A stretch of 64,000 nucleotides of DNA from Methanobacteriota archaeon (lineage in GTDB: Archaea; Thermoplasmatota; Poseidoniia; Poseidoniales; Poseidoniaceae): positions 3,638-67,637 of the forward strand of contig PBDU01000005.1 in the NCBI GenBank assembly GCA_002718195.1, read 5' to 3'. Shown here in pieces: positions 1 to 9,126 of this stretch. Below the pieces are notes generated by a model, which had not been told where the DNA came from, searched no databases, and worked only from the letters and a program-made list of their open reading frames with translations. How positions within the stretch are numbered: position 1 is the first letter of the stretch; the number at the start of each line of letters is the position of its first letter. The position numbers were made by a program, and so were the translations under genes.

Positions 1-17
1 TGCAAACAAAATCAAGA

Positions 18-356
18 ATGAGGATAGATATCATCGCAAAATTATCCGATGATATTGATGTTTGTGAAGATATAGGTGCTTTCCGAATTTCAGAAAAGGT
101 AAGTGACATGGAAAGTAAGTTACTGCATTCTGATGTAAGCGAGTTGAGGAGAGGAAGTGATGGGCAGTTGTATCTTATTTTTGATAAGGATGACATGAAA
201 ATAAGAAAGCATGTAGAGGAGGGTTCTGACTCTATCCGAATTATAGGCAATCAAGAATCACGTGAATCTTGGAGATATTTCATTGAGGACGAGATGTTGA
301 AAATGCATCTGTGGTTTGTTGCTGATGAATTAGCGATTGACTACAAATACGAGTGA
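18..356 (+). CDS. Hypothetical protein, probably the 3' part of a gene starting before the window
   Basis: 112-aa ORF; the frame stays open back to the window edge (caa aca aaa tca aga atg); no recognisable motif. Confidence 0.5.
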   Translation: MRIDIIAKLSDDIDVCEDIGAFRISEKVSDMESKLLHSDVSELRRGSDGQLYLIFDKDDMKIRKHVEEGSDSIRIIGNQESRESWRYFIEDEMLKMHLWFVADELAIDYKYE

Positions 357-404
357 AAAATACACATAGCGAACTTCATTTGCTTGGTCAAATTCGCAGT
401 CGAT

Positions 405-1625
405 ATGAGCGAAGAAGTTGTGATTGTCGGCGGAGCAAGAACCCCCTTTTGTGAATGGGTTGGAGGAAAGCGTGGGGATGGAAAGCCTGGTGGCTTATTG
501 AAGGCAGTAAGCGCTCAAGATTTGGGTGCTACTGCAATTCGTGGGGCTCTTGAAAAGACAGGAACTAAACCAGAAAATGTTGATCACCTGGTTATGGGCT
601 ATGCGCTCCAAACATGTTCCCAATCAATTTACGGAGCAAGGCATGCAGGATTGAAAGGTGGAATTCCTCAAGAAGTACCCATGCTTACTCTTTCTAGAAT
701 TTGTGGCTCGGGGGTTCAATCCATTGTTACCGGAGCTCAGATGATTATGCTCGGAGAAGCAAATACCGTTGTTTCGGGGGGAATGGAAAATCTTAGTCAG
801 GCTCCTCATGTATTACGAGGAGGAAGAGATGGATGGAGATTGGGGAGGTCTCCGCCTGTTGAAGACTATATGATGACAAATTTACAGGACATGACTTGTG
901 GATTGTACATGGCTCAAACCAGCGATGAGATTTGTAAAAGGAAGGGAGTTACTAGAGAAGAAGTTGATCAATTTGCAGCGCTAAGTCATGCAAGAGCTTC
1001 AAAATCTATCGATGAGGGTCTATTTGAACAAGAAATAGTTCCTGTAGTTATCAAATCAAGGAGAGGTGAAAAGACGATCACATACCAAGATGAAGACCAC
1101 GTTGTTAGGGGAACTACCGCTGAATCTCTTTCTGGATTGCCTACTGCATTTGGACCAGATTCTCTAGTAACTGCAGGAAATGCATCAGGTGTTGTTGATG
1201 GTGCTGCTGCTGTGGTTATTAAATCCAAAACTCAAGCGGAAGCAGATGGTGATAAGCCATTAGCAAGAATCGTTTCTTGGGGTATTGTTGGTCTTGAACC
1301 AGCAATAATGGCATACGGACCAGTTCCGAGTAGCAGGAAAGCATTAGAAAAGGCCGGATTAACAGTTGAAGATATTGACCGATGGGAAATAAATGAAGCA
1401 TTTGCCGGACAAGCAGTGGCTTGTATCAAGGATTTGGGAATAGATGTATCAAAAGTAAATGTTAATGGTGGCGCAGTTGGTTTAGGGCATCCATTAGCAG
1501 CAACCGGTACAAGATTGGTGCTTACTTTAGCCTACGAGTTACAAAGATCTGGTGGAAAGTATGGTGTTGCAACTGCTTGTATTGGCGGCGGACAGGGAAT
1601 TGCTATGGTAATCGAATCTCTGTGA
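405..1625 (+). CDS. Thiolase (acetyl-CoA C-acyltransferase)
   Basis: Catalytic motifs RICGSG (Cys), NEAFA, GHPLAATG (His), CIGGGQG (Cys); ATG at 405 preferred over TTG at 384. Confidence 0.95.
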   Translation: MSEEVVIVGGARTPFCEWVGGKRGDGKPGGLLKAVSAQDLGATAIRGALEKTGTKPENVDHLVMGYALQTCSQSIYGARHAGLKGGIPQEVPMLTLSRICGSGVQSIVTGAQMIMLGEANTVVSGGMENLSQAPHVLRGGRDGWRLGRSPPVEDYMMTNLQDMTCGLYMAQTSDEICKRKGVTREEVDQFAALSHARASKSIDEGLFEQEIVPVVIKSRRGEKTITYQDEDHVVRGTTAESLSGLPTAFGPDSLVTAGNASGVVDGAAAVVIKSKTQAEADGDKPLARIVSWGIVGLEPAIMAYGPVPSSRKALEKAGLTVEDIDRWEINEAFAGQAVACIKDLGIDVSKVNVNGGAVGLGHPLAATGTRLVLTLAYELQRSGGKYGVATACIGGGQGIAMVIESL

Positions 1626-1639
1626 ATGGGGAGATTTGA

Positions 1640-2431
1640 TTGGAACCAGCTTCAATAATTCTTGTGTTTATTTTAGTTGGCTTTGCTGCATTTTTCTTTG
1701 CCCCCTTAGGACTTGGCGGAGGACTATTATTTGTCCCAATATTACATTATGTCGCTGGCTGGGAAATTACACCAGTAACTCTGCTTACCTCTCTGATTCT
1801 GACAGCTGCGGTATCTTGGGCAAGCGGAATTAAGCATAGGGTCGAAGGATTGTATGATGATGATTTAACAAAAATGGCTCTTTATGGTGCGATTCCCGGT
1901 GCATTAATTGGTGCATTGTTGGTAAATATCATGGAGAATAATCTAGATTTCGCTTTCAAGATTGTAAGTCTTGGAATGCTTGCCTACGCAATCATAAGGA
2001 TGCGTAATCGTCTAACCCTAGAAGAAGGTTCGCAAGATATGGAAGAGTCGGAAAATCGAAGCATGATTACGCTTGGTTCTGGATTAGGTGGGGTGACTTC
2101 AGCATTTTTAGCGGTTGGAGGAGGTGCGATATACATCCCAGTTTTGGATAGGTTTAGCACTGCTAGCACAAGAGAAATCGTAGGCGCATCATATGGAATC
2201 ATGATGTGGACAGTACCTGTCGTAATCATCGCTCATGCAGTGCTGTTCAATGGTGAATGGCATGATTTATGGATGATTTTAACACTAGCAATCTGTGTCT
2301 TTGTTATGGCTAACCTAGGGGCAAAATTTGGATTTAAACTAAAAGATAAAACAATAATTTCTACTTTCCTAGTTGTAGTTTCAGTAGTTTTTATCAGATA
2401 TTGTATCGACCTTTCAGGTTATCTAATGTGA
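1640..2431 (+). CDS. TSUP (TauE/SafE) family membrane transporter
   Basis: About 8 hydrophobic segments; two internal repeats with GLGGG..VP and AVGGG..IP motifs. Confidence 0.85.
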   Translation: MEPASIILVFILVGFAAFFFAPLGLGGGLLFVPILHYVAGWEITPVTLLTSLILTAAVSWASGIKHRVEGLYDDDLTKMALYGAIPGALIGALLVNIMENNLDFAFKIVSLGMLAYAIIRMRNRLTLEEGSQDMEESENRSMITLGSGLGGVTSAFLAVGGGAIYIPVLDRFSTASTREIVGASYGIMMWTVPVVIIAHAVLFNGEWHDLWMILTLAICVFVMANLGAKFGFKLKDKTIISTFLVVVSVVFIRYCIDLSGYLM

Positions 2432-2492
2432 GCACAGGGCACGATTAATCACTAAGAAGGATATATATACCAATGTTTGTTGGTTTAGGCCC

Positions 2493-3053
2493 ATGATTGA
2501 AATGATTATTGGTGGAATTCTGCTTGTCGTTCTAGGCGGTTGGTTCTTTACAACTTGGAATAGATTGGTAAGACTTGAAAAAGAAGCCGAAAGATCTTGG
2601 GCTAACATAGATGTTATATTGAAGCAAAGATATGATATGATTCCAAACCTAGTTAACACCGTTAAGGGTTATGCGGCGCATGAGGAAGCGATTTTCATGG
2701 AATTTGCCAAAGCAAGAAATGCTGCTGCTGGTGCACTAGCGAACGGTGATGTTGCTGGAGTTAGCCGTGCTGAAGGAGTTCTTGCTGGTATGCTACCAAA
2801 GATCAACATGGTAGCAGAACAATATCCTCAATTAAAGGCAGATACCTCATTCGTGAATCTTCAAAACCAGTTGGTTGCATTAGAAAACCAACTTGCAGAT
2901 AGAAGAGAATTTTACAACTCAAGTGCAACGAACTTTAACACTGCGATTGAAACCATACCAACAAACTTCGTTGCTATGGTAAAATCATGTAAGGAGATGG
3001 ACCTTTTCGAGGTTGTTGGAATCGAAAGGGAAAATGTCACAATACAATTCTGA
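2493..3053 (+). CDS. lemA: LemA family protein
   Basis: N-terminal TM; WANIDVILKQRYDMIPNLV, YPQLKAD and RREFYN motifs. Confidence 0.93.
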   Translation: MIEMIIGGILLVVLGGWFFTTWNRLVRLEKEAERSWANIDVILKQRYDMIPNLVNTVKGYAAHEEAIFMEFAKARNAAAGALANGDVAGVSRAEGVLAGMLPKINMVAEQYPQLKADTSFVNLQNQLVALENQLADRREFYNSSATNFNTAIETIPTNFVAMVKSCKEMDLFEVVGIERENVTIQF

Positions 3054-3082
3054 TTTGATTCATCAATTCTCGAGGAATTAAC

Positions 3083-4480
3083 GTGTTTCTCATTTTTGGC
3101 AGTGATTACAGGGCATCACAGATTGCAAAGTGGTCTGCCAAAAGAAGGACAACAAGACTGGTTTCTTTAAGCCAGGACTTAGATTTGGAACAAGAATTCG
3201 AGAATTGTGAAATTCTAGCGCTGCCAAGTCCAATTAGGCTTGACTCAATGCCGATGCCTTCAATTCAGCCAGAACTAATACTAGTTGTTCAAACAAATAT
3301 GATTGAGGATGAAGAACCAATTGAAGAAATCAAACAAAAATGGCCAGATGCATTTGTTTTGACTCATCATGAACTATCTGATTTATCCACAGGAGAAATA
3401 ATCGATGTTACTCAACTGTACCTTAATGCGGTTAAGGATAGGATTCGTTCATTTGAGAGGAAAGCAGGTGCAGCGGTGATTGAGAACTACCTTGAAGGGC
3501 TTGATGCTGGTTCAAAGGTATCCATAATTTGTCACGATAATCCTGATCCAGATGCACTAGCGAGCGGTTTGGCTGTTCAGAAATTAGTAGAGTTTTACGG
3601 TCACGAAGCGAAAATATATCACGGTGGCTTGGTCGAACACCAACAAAATAGAGCAATGAAAAATTTGCTTGAAATTCCACTGAATAGAGTAATAATGTCC
3701 TGGGAGATTGATGACATCATTACAAATTCTAACTGTATAATTACAGTTGACTTCCATCGTTCTGGGGCAAATAATTTCCTTCCTGAAGAGGTGGTTCCAA
3801 ACATCATTCTAGATCACCATACTGCAACCGAGGAAGTAACTGCAGATGTGTCGATGCTGAGACCAGAATTTTCAGCCACATCAAGCTTAGTTGCAAGTTT
3901 ATTCATGCAATTAGGGGTTCCAATGGATGCTAGAATTGCTACAGCCTTGGCTTTTGGAATAAAGACCGACACATTGGGTTTCTCAAGAACTTTCAATCCA
4001 GTTGATATTAGGGCACTTTCGTGGTTGAATGCTTGGGTTGACCCTGAATTGATGAAATCAATAGAATCACCACCTAGGTCAAGAGATACACTCCAATCCT
4101 TCGTATCTGCTTTTACAAATATGAAGGAAATCCAAGGAGTCCTTCTCGTCCCAATCAACGAATTATCAAATAGGGACGCGCTTGCTCAAATCGCAGATTT
4201 CCTGATGTCGACAGAAGAAATTGACACGGTAATCGCTTATGGTCCAAGAGATGGTAAAATCATCCTTTCGGCAAGAACAGAATCGGAGACACAACATCTT
4301 GGTCGTGTTTTGGGAAGCAGATGGCCGAATGGCAGAGCAGGAGGACACAGAAGTTTCGCAGGTGGTCAGGTACCATATTCTGAAATTCAAGAATCGGTTA
4401 CCCCTGAGAGCGATATAGAGGCTATGGATTTGATGCATAAGGAGTTATCCATCCTATTTGCGGGTGATGAGGATGAGTGA
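3083..4480 (+). CDS. DHH/DHHA1 family phosphoesterase with an N-terminal degenerate Rossmann (TrkA-N-like) region
   Basis: HDNPDPDA, TVDFH, ILDHH, GIKTDT and GGH motifs; about 140-aa N-terminal extension. Confidence 0.88.
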   Translation: MFLIFGSDYRASQIAKWSAKRRTTRLVSLSQDLDLEQEFENCEILALPSPIRLDSMPMPSIQPELILVVQTNMIEDEEPIEEIKQKWPDAFVLTHHELSDLSTGEIIDVTQLYLNAVKDRIRSFERKAGAAVIENYLEGLDAGSKVSIICHDNPDPDALASGLAVQKLVEFYGHEAKIYHGGLVEHQQNRAMKNLLEIPLNRVIMSWEIDDIITNSNCIITVDFHRSGANNFLPEEVVPNIILDHHTATEEVTADVSMLRPEFSATSSLVASLFMQLGVPMDARIATALAFGIKTDTLGFSRTFNPVDIRALSWLNAWVDPELMKSIESPPRSRDTLQSFVSAFTNMKEIQGVLLVPINELSNRDALAQIADFLMSTEEIDTVIAYGPRDGKIILSARTESETQHLGRVLGSRWPNGRAGGHRSFAGGQVPYSEIQESVTPESDIEAMDLMHKELSILFAGDEDE

Positions 4481-5657
4481 ATCTCCGACGATAGATATTG
4501 GAGATAATATCCGTTTGTTGGGAACTGCACACGTCGCAAGTGCTAGTGTTGCAGCAGTAAAAGAACAAGTTGAGTTATTCAAACCAGATGTAATTGCGGT
4601 TGAATTGTGCCAAAGCAGACATTCAGCACTACTGAGCGAGAGAAGGCTAGACAGGGAAGGCTTGTTGAAAGTTATCAAGGAAGGAAAGGCACCTATGGTC
4701 CTTCTTCAATCAATGTTAGCTAGTGAACAAAGAAGACTAGGAATGGATGAAGGTGAGCAACCTGGGGCAGAAATGCTTGCAGCGGTTAATGTTGCAAAAG
4801 AGCAAGAGTTAGATGTTGAATTAGTTGATAGAGATATCCAAACTACGCTGAGAAGAGCCTGGAGGGAGATGAGATTTATTGAAAAAATAAAGATTGTTTT
4901 TTCCCTTGCAAGCGATGATGATGAAGAAGATGAAGAGGAAATTGACCTTAATGAGATGTTATCTAATTCTGATTTACTTACCAGCATGATGGAAGATTTA
5001 CGCGAATTCTCTCCTGGAGCAGGAAAGGTTCTAATCGATGAGAGAGATCAATTCATCGCCTCTAAAATTCAATCTATAGGTCGGGAAAAGAAAGTTCTGG
5101 CAGTCTTAGGTGCTGGACACCTCTCAGGCGTAGAGGATATAATCAAAAATCAGAAGGAAACTAAGCCAATATCAGAATTGAATAAATTGCCTGAGAAAAG
5201 GCTTCGCTCAACAATTTTGAAGTGGATGTTCCCAGTTTTGATTTTCAGCCTGTTTGGATATTTTGCCTACACCGGTGATTGGGACCAAGCGATTGATTTG
5301 TTCACTGTATGGACAGTTGCCAATGCAATTCTTGCCGCAATTGGTTGTGCACTTGCAAGAGGACATCCTTTAGCAATACTTACTGCAGCTTTGGCTAGCC
5401 CGATAACCTCACTAAATCCTATGCTTGCTGCAGGATGGTTTGCTGGTTATGTGCAAATGAGAATCAAAGAACCATCTGGAGAAGACCTTGCAGAATTTTT
5501 GCGATTAGAAGAAATAAAATCATTCTGGACTAACCCTGCGGGACGTGTTTTGATGGTAACTGCATTAACTAATTTGGGATCAATGTCAGGTCCGTGGGTA
5601 GCTGCAATTGGCTTTGTTTGGATGACTGAAAAACTTCAGTCAATTGGACTGTTGTGA
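4473..5657 (+). CDS. TraB/GumN (PrgY-like) family protein with C-terminal TM segments
   Basis: LLGTAHV, VELC..R, DRDIQTTLRRAW, LIDERD and AVLGAGHL motifs; ATG at 4473 overlaps the upstream stop. Confidence 0.9.
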   Translation: MSESPTIDIGDNIRLLGTAHVASASVAAVKEQVELFKPDVIAVELCQSRHSALLSERRLDREGLLKVIKEGKAPMVLLQSMLASEQRRLGMDEGEQPGAEMLAAVNVAKEQELDVELVDRDIQTTLRRAWREMRFIEKIKIVFSLASDDDEEDEEEIDLNEMLSNSDLLTSMMEDLREFSPGAGKVLIDERDQFIASKIQSIGREKKVLAVLGAGHLSGVEDIIKNQKETKPISELNKLPEKRLRSTILKWMFPVLIFSLFGYFAYTGDWDQAIDLFTVWTVANAILAAIGCALARGHPLAILTAALASPITSLNPMLAAGWFAGYVQMRIKEPSGEDLAEFLRLEEIKSFWTNPAGRVLMVTALTNLGSMSGPWVAAIGFVWMTEKLQSIGLL

Positions 5658-6514
5658 ATTGAATCCATGACCTTTAGCAATTCATAATTTTCTTTGACAT
5701 CATGTACTCGTATGACATCTATTCCATAATTGAATGCAAGAGCGGAGCTGCCTAAAGTCCCTGCGAGCCGATCACTAGTTTTTTCTAAGTTACATAACTG
5801 TCCAATGAGTGATTTACGGGATACTCCCCACAATATCGAAACATCATTTGTGCCTAGAATCGCCTTTCCAGCTTTCAGCAATTTGATGTTGTGCTCCTGT
5901 GTTTTTCCAAATCCAATTCCAGGGTCTATGCAGATTAGGTTATTTGGAAAGCCACTTGAAATGAGCTTAGATGCAGTCTCATTAAGTGATTGCGAAACCT
6001 CATCAATTACATCTTCATAACTTGGTGAATTTTGCATATTTCCAGGATCGTTTTGCATGTGCATAATGCAAATAGGAATCTTATTTTTCAAAACGTAATC
6101 ATACATTCTAGAATCTCTTAGTCCACTTACATCATTAATCATGTCCGCACCAGATTCGATTGCTTTCTTTGCGACTTCATAATTTCTAGTGTCTATTGAA
6201 ATTAGATCATTTTGATTTACCTTTCGAATTGCCTCTATTACAGGTATTACTCTCGACATCTCTTCTTCTATAGATACAGGTTCAGCATTTGGTCTGGTCG
6301 ACTCTCCTCCAATGTCTACCCATGTGGCTCCATCTTTCCACATTGTTTGTGCAGCGCTTACAGCCTGCTCAGTGTGCTGTATTCTCGATTCTTCATGAAA
6401 AGAATCTGGAGTTACATTCAGGATTCCCATTATTCTAGGAAAACCGGATTTTGATTTAATTGCCTCAGAAATAATCCCCGGCGTTCTAAAATTGGTTCCA
6501 TTACTGGTAGGCAC
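5636..6514 (-). CDS. folP: Dihydropteroate synthase
   Basis: IMGILNVTPDSF, DIGGESTRP, SIDT, DPGIGFGK, GVSRKS and IRVHDV motifs; GTG at 6514 preferred over 6616, which would overlap the divergent gene. Confidence 0.95.
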   Translation of the reverse strand: MPTSNGTNFRTPGIISEAIKSKSGFPRIMGILNVTPDSFHEESRIQHTEQAVSAAQTMWKDGATWVDIGGESTRPNAEPVSIEEEMSRVIPVIEAIRKVNQNDLISIDTRNYEVAKKAIESGADMINDVSGLRDSRMYDYVLKNKIPICIMHMQNDPGNMQNSPSYEDVIDEVSQSLNETASKLISSGFPNNLICIDPGIGFGKTQEHNIKLLKAGKAILGTNDVSILWGVSRKSLIGQLCNLEKTSDRLAGTLGSSALAFNYGIDVIRVHDVKENYELLKVMDSIHNSPID

Positions 6515-6565
6515 AAGCCTTCCAAAATGAAAGATTTGATAATATGTCACCCTCAAGGGGCACGC

Positions 6566-7195
6566 ATGTCTGACTTGGAATTCGATGAAAATCTCCTTGA
6601 GCCTTTGGCTGGACATCCACTTTCATCACCCGAACCAAGCAATGACAGCAAGGAACTTGCAGAGAGGATCACTGAAAGAATGGGAATAAGGGTTAGATTT
6701 GATATCCTGACGCTAATGCATAAAAATTTGAAAGAAGGTGGAGCAATCATCACCTTTGCCCTAATTTTCCGTTGGCTGACAATAGGAATATCAGATGAAA
6801 ATTTTGACCTTCAACCCTCGATATTCCTTTCTCTTTCTTTCAATGATGTTGCAACACTAATCATTGCTCTATCGGTGTGCTGGGTTATTTTCAATGACTT
6901 AGGAAGAGACGGAGGAAACCTGTTCTTTTCTTTGTTTGCTGGTACGATAATGATTTTCTCTGCCTTGTATATTGGCGAGCCTATTGTCATGTTGATGGTG
7001 GGAAGTGATTTGAGTGCAGGTGAAGCAATTTGGAGAAGCGTCAGACTAATCGCATTAGGCGGTGGCGTGACATATGGTATGAAATTGTTAATGGATGCGA
7101 TGAAGTTAAGGTGGTTGAAAGCCTTCCTAGACGGGCATGAATTGGAGTTAAACATACCAGAAGAGCTTGAGATTGAAGAAACTCAAGAGGCATGA
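6566..7195 (+). CDS. Hypothetical integral membrane protein (about 4 TM)
   Basis: Acidic N- and C-termini around four hydrophobic stretches; stop overlaps the trm56 start. Confidence 0.7.
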   Translation: MSDLEFDENLLEPLAGHPLSSPEPSNDSKELAERITERMGIRVRFDILTLMHKNLKEGGAIITFALIFRWLTIGISDENFDLQPSIFLSLSFNDVATLIIALSVCWVIFNDLGRDGGNLFFSLFAGTIMIFSALYIGEPIVMLMVGSDLSAGEAIWRSVRLIALGGGVTYGMKLLMDAMKLRWLKAFLDGHELELNIPEELEIEETQEA

Positions 7196-7758
7196 TATCA
7201 ATGGCTGAAAAGCTTAACATCCTTAGATTAGGATATCGCAAGGGTAGAGACCCTAGGATAACAACCCATTTGGCGCTGGTCTCAAGAGCCTTAGGCGCTG
7301 ATAACTTTATTCTTGCAGGAGATGAAGACAATGATATGTTTGAGAATATATCTGGGGTAAACCAAAGGTTTGGCGGAAGCATGGAATGTGAACATACGGA
7401 TAAGCCAATGAAATGGCTTCGTAATTTTGTAAATCAAGATGCAGGAGATGGTCAGCCAGGTGTCGCAATACACCTAACAATGTATGGGCAACCTTACAGG
7501 CAAGTTATTCCTCAAATAAGAAAGGACAGACCGGTAGTTGTTGTTGTTGGAGGGGCTAAGGTACCCTCAGAGGTTTTCGAGTTATCGCAATATAACCTGG
7601 CAGTAGGAAATCAACCACATTCCGAAGTGGCCGCACTTGCTCTATTTCTGGAGGCTTGGAATGGTCCATCTGCGTCTGAAAAGTTACTGGAGGATGGAGA
7701 GCTCATAATTCACCCTTCAGCAAAAGGAAAAGACGTTACTGATACCAGAAAAGAATAG
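7192..7758 (+). CDS. trm56: Archaeal tRNA (cytidine(56)-2'-O)-methyltransferase
   Basis: LRLGYRKGRDPRITTHLALVSRALGA, HLTMYG, VVGGAKVP and NQPHSEVAALA SPOUT motifs. Confidence 0.95.
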   Translation: MISMAEKLNILRLGYRKGRDPRITTHLALVSRALGADNFILAGDEDNDMFENISGVNQRFGGSMECEHTDKPMKWLRNFVNQDAGDGQPGVAIHLTMYGQPYRQVIPQIRKDRPVVVVVGGAKVPSEVFELSQYNLAVGNQPHSEVAALALFLEAWNGPSASEKLLEDGELIIHPSAKGKDVTDTRKE

Positions 7759-7824
7759 TTTTCTTCTAGTGAGAATCTATGATTTCCTTCCCTAATCATT
7801 ATGGATGTCCTTCAATGACGATTT

Positions 7825-9126
7825 ATGATGTCAATGAGCGTTATGACTAAATCCGACGCTTCAAATGACAGTCGTGATATTTTCATCGACCAAAATTTAG
7901 GTTTAGAAGACGCTGCTGATTTGTTCTCAGCGAATCAAATACCTGAGGGTGCTTCAGGTCAAGGAGTACTATTAACAGCAGATGGAAATGAATTCCATGG
8001 AGAACTATTCGGTGCAAATGGTATTGGTGAAGGAGAGCTTGTTTTCACAACTGGAATGATGGGTTACCAAGAATCCCTTACAGACCCTTCATTTGCAGGT
8101 CAAGTTCTGACTTTCACGTATCCATTAATCGGTAATTATGGAATCCATATGGGTAAATCAGAATCACGAAAAATTTGGCCAAGGGGAGTTGTAGTCAGGC
8201 ATGCGATGGATTATCCGGATCATCGAGATTCTGTAGGGACTGTTGACGAATTCCTTCGCTTGCACAATGTCCCTGGGATAAAAAATATTGATACCAGAAT
8301 GATAACAAAGAATGTTAGAGAACTCGGAACAGTTCTTTGCGTATTTGGACCCCTTGAAAAAAGGCAAGAATTGGAAAAGCGATTAGAACAACTTACTCCT
8401 CCTGACAAAGGAGACCTTGTAAGTGAAGTATCAATTGATAAATTAATGCACTTAAACAAAGGTGCAACAGATTCTAAGGGTAATGAAATGCCAAAATTAG
8501 CAGCGATCGACTGCGGTATTAAGTACAACATCCTCAGAAATCTGTGTTACCAATTTGAAGTAATTTGGTGCCCACCATCCATTACTATTGAAGAGATTTC
8601 ACAATTGGGTGTAGATGCAGTGTTCTGCTCCAATGGACCAGGTGATCCGGCACATCCTGGGGCTGCTAGTCAAGCAAAGCACACATTAGCGAAAGCAGTT
8701 GATGCTGGTTATCCAGTAATGGGAATTTGCCTTGGACACCAATTGATGGGGCTCGCATCTGGATTACAGACCTACAAAATGAAATATGGTCACAGAGGAG
8801 CAAATCAACCAGTTCTAGATTTAGAGACTGGTAGAGTTTGGATTACATCTCAAAATCACGGTTTTGCAGTTGCTGATCCCAACCAAGGGATGCTTGCTGC
8901 TCACCCTAGCGGTGCCTGCTCGGAAAAAACAGAGGCACTATTCGATGCAGAAGTCAAGGTGCGATTCGTAAATGCCAATGATAGAACTGTGGAAGGTCTA
9001 GATGTAGTTGGAAAACCTGTTTTCACAGTCCAATTCCATCCAGAGGCATGCCCGGGACCACATGATGCAGAACCACTATTCAGTCGATTCAGGCAAATTG
9101 TTGATAATCACAGGGGTGGTAATTGA
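7825..9126 (+). CDS. carA: Carbamoyl-phosphate synthase small subunit
   Basis: GELVFTTGMMGYQE, SNGPGDP, GICLGHQL (Cys nucleophile), SQNHGF and VQFHPEA motifs; exact start uncertain. Confidence 0.97.
   Translation: MMSMSVMTKSDASNDSRDIFIDQNLGLEDAADLFSANQIPEGASGQGVLLTADGNEFHGELFGANGIGEGELVFTTGMMGYQESLTDPSFAGQVLTFTYPLIGNYGIHMGKSESRKIWPRGVVVRHAMDYPDHRDSVGTVDEFLRLHNVPGIKNIDTRMITKNVRELGTVLCVFGPLEKRQELEKRLEQLTPPDKGDLVSEVSIDKLMHLNKGATDSKGNEMPKLAAIDCGIKYNILRNLCYQFEVIWCPPSITIEEISQLGVDAVFCSNGPGDPAHPGAASQAKHTLAKAVDAGYPVMGICLGHQLMGLASGLQTYKMKYGHRGANQPVLDLETGRVWITSQNHGFAVADPNQGMLAAHPSGACSEKTEALFDAEVKVRFVNANDRTVEGLDVVGKPVFTVQFHPEACPGPHDAEPLFSRFRQIVDNHRGGN

Noticed and set aside
440-500. Short insertion (WVGGKRGDGKP) near the thiolase N-terminus
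   Set aside because: All catalytic motifs are intact; it is most likely a surface-loop variant with no evidence of new function
6515-6616. N-terminally extended FolP overlapping the divergent membrane-protein gene
   Set aside because: A GTG at 6514 preceded by GGAAGG gives a normal-length enzyme without the overlap
7825-7960. About 40-aa N-terminal extension of CarA as a possible regulatory leader
   Set aside because: The start codon is ambiguous among several Met codons, and no attenuator hairpin or pyrimidine-rich leader pattern was seen
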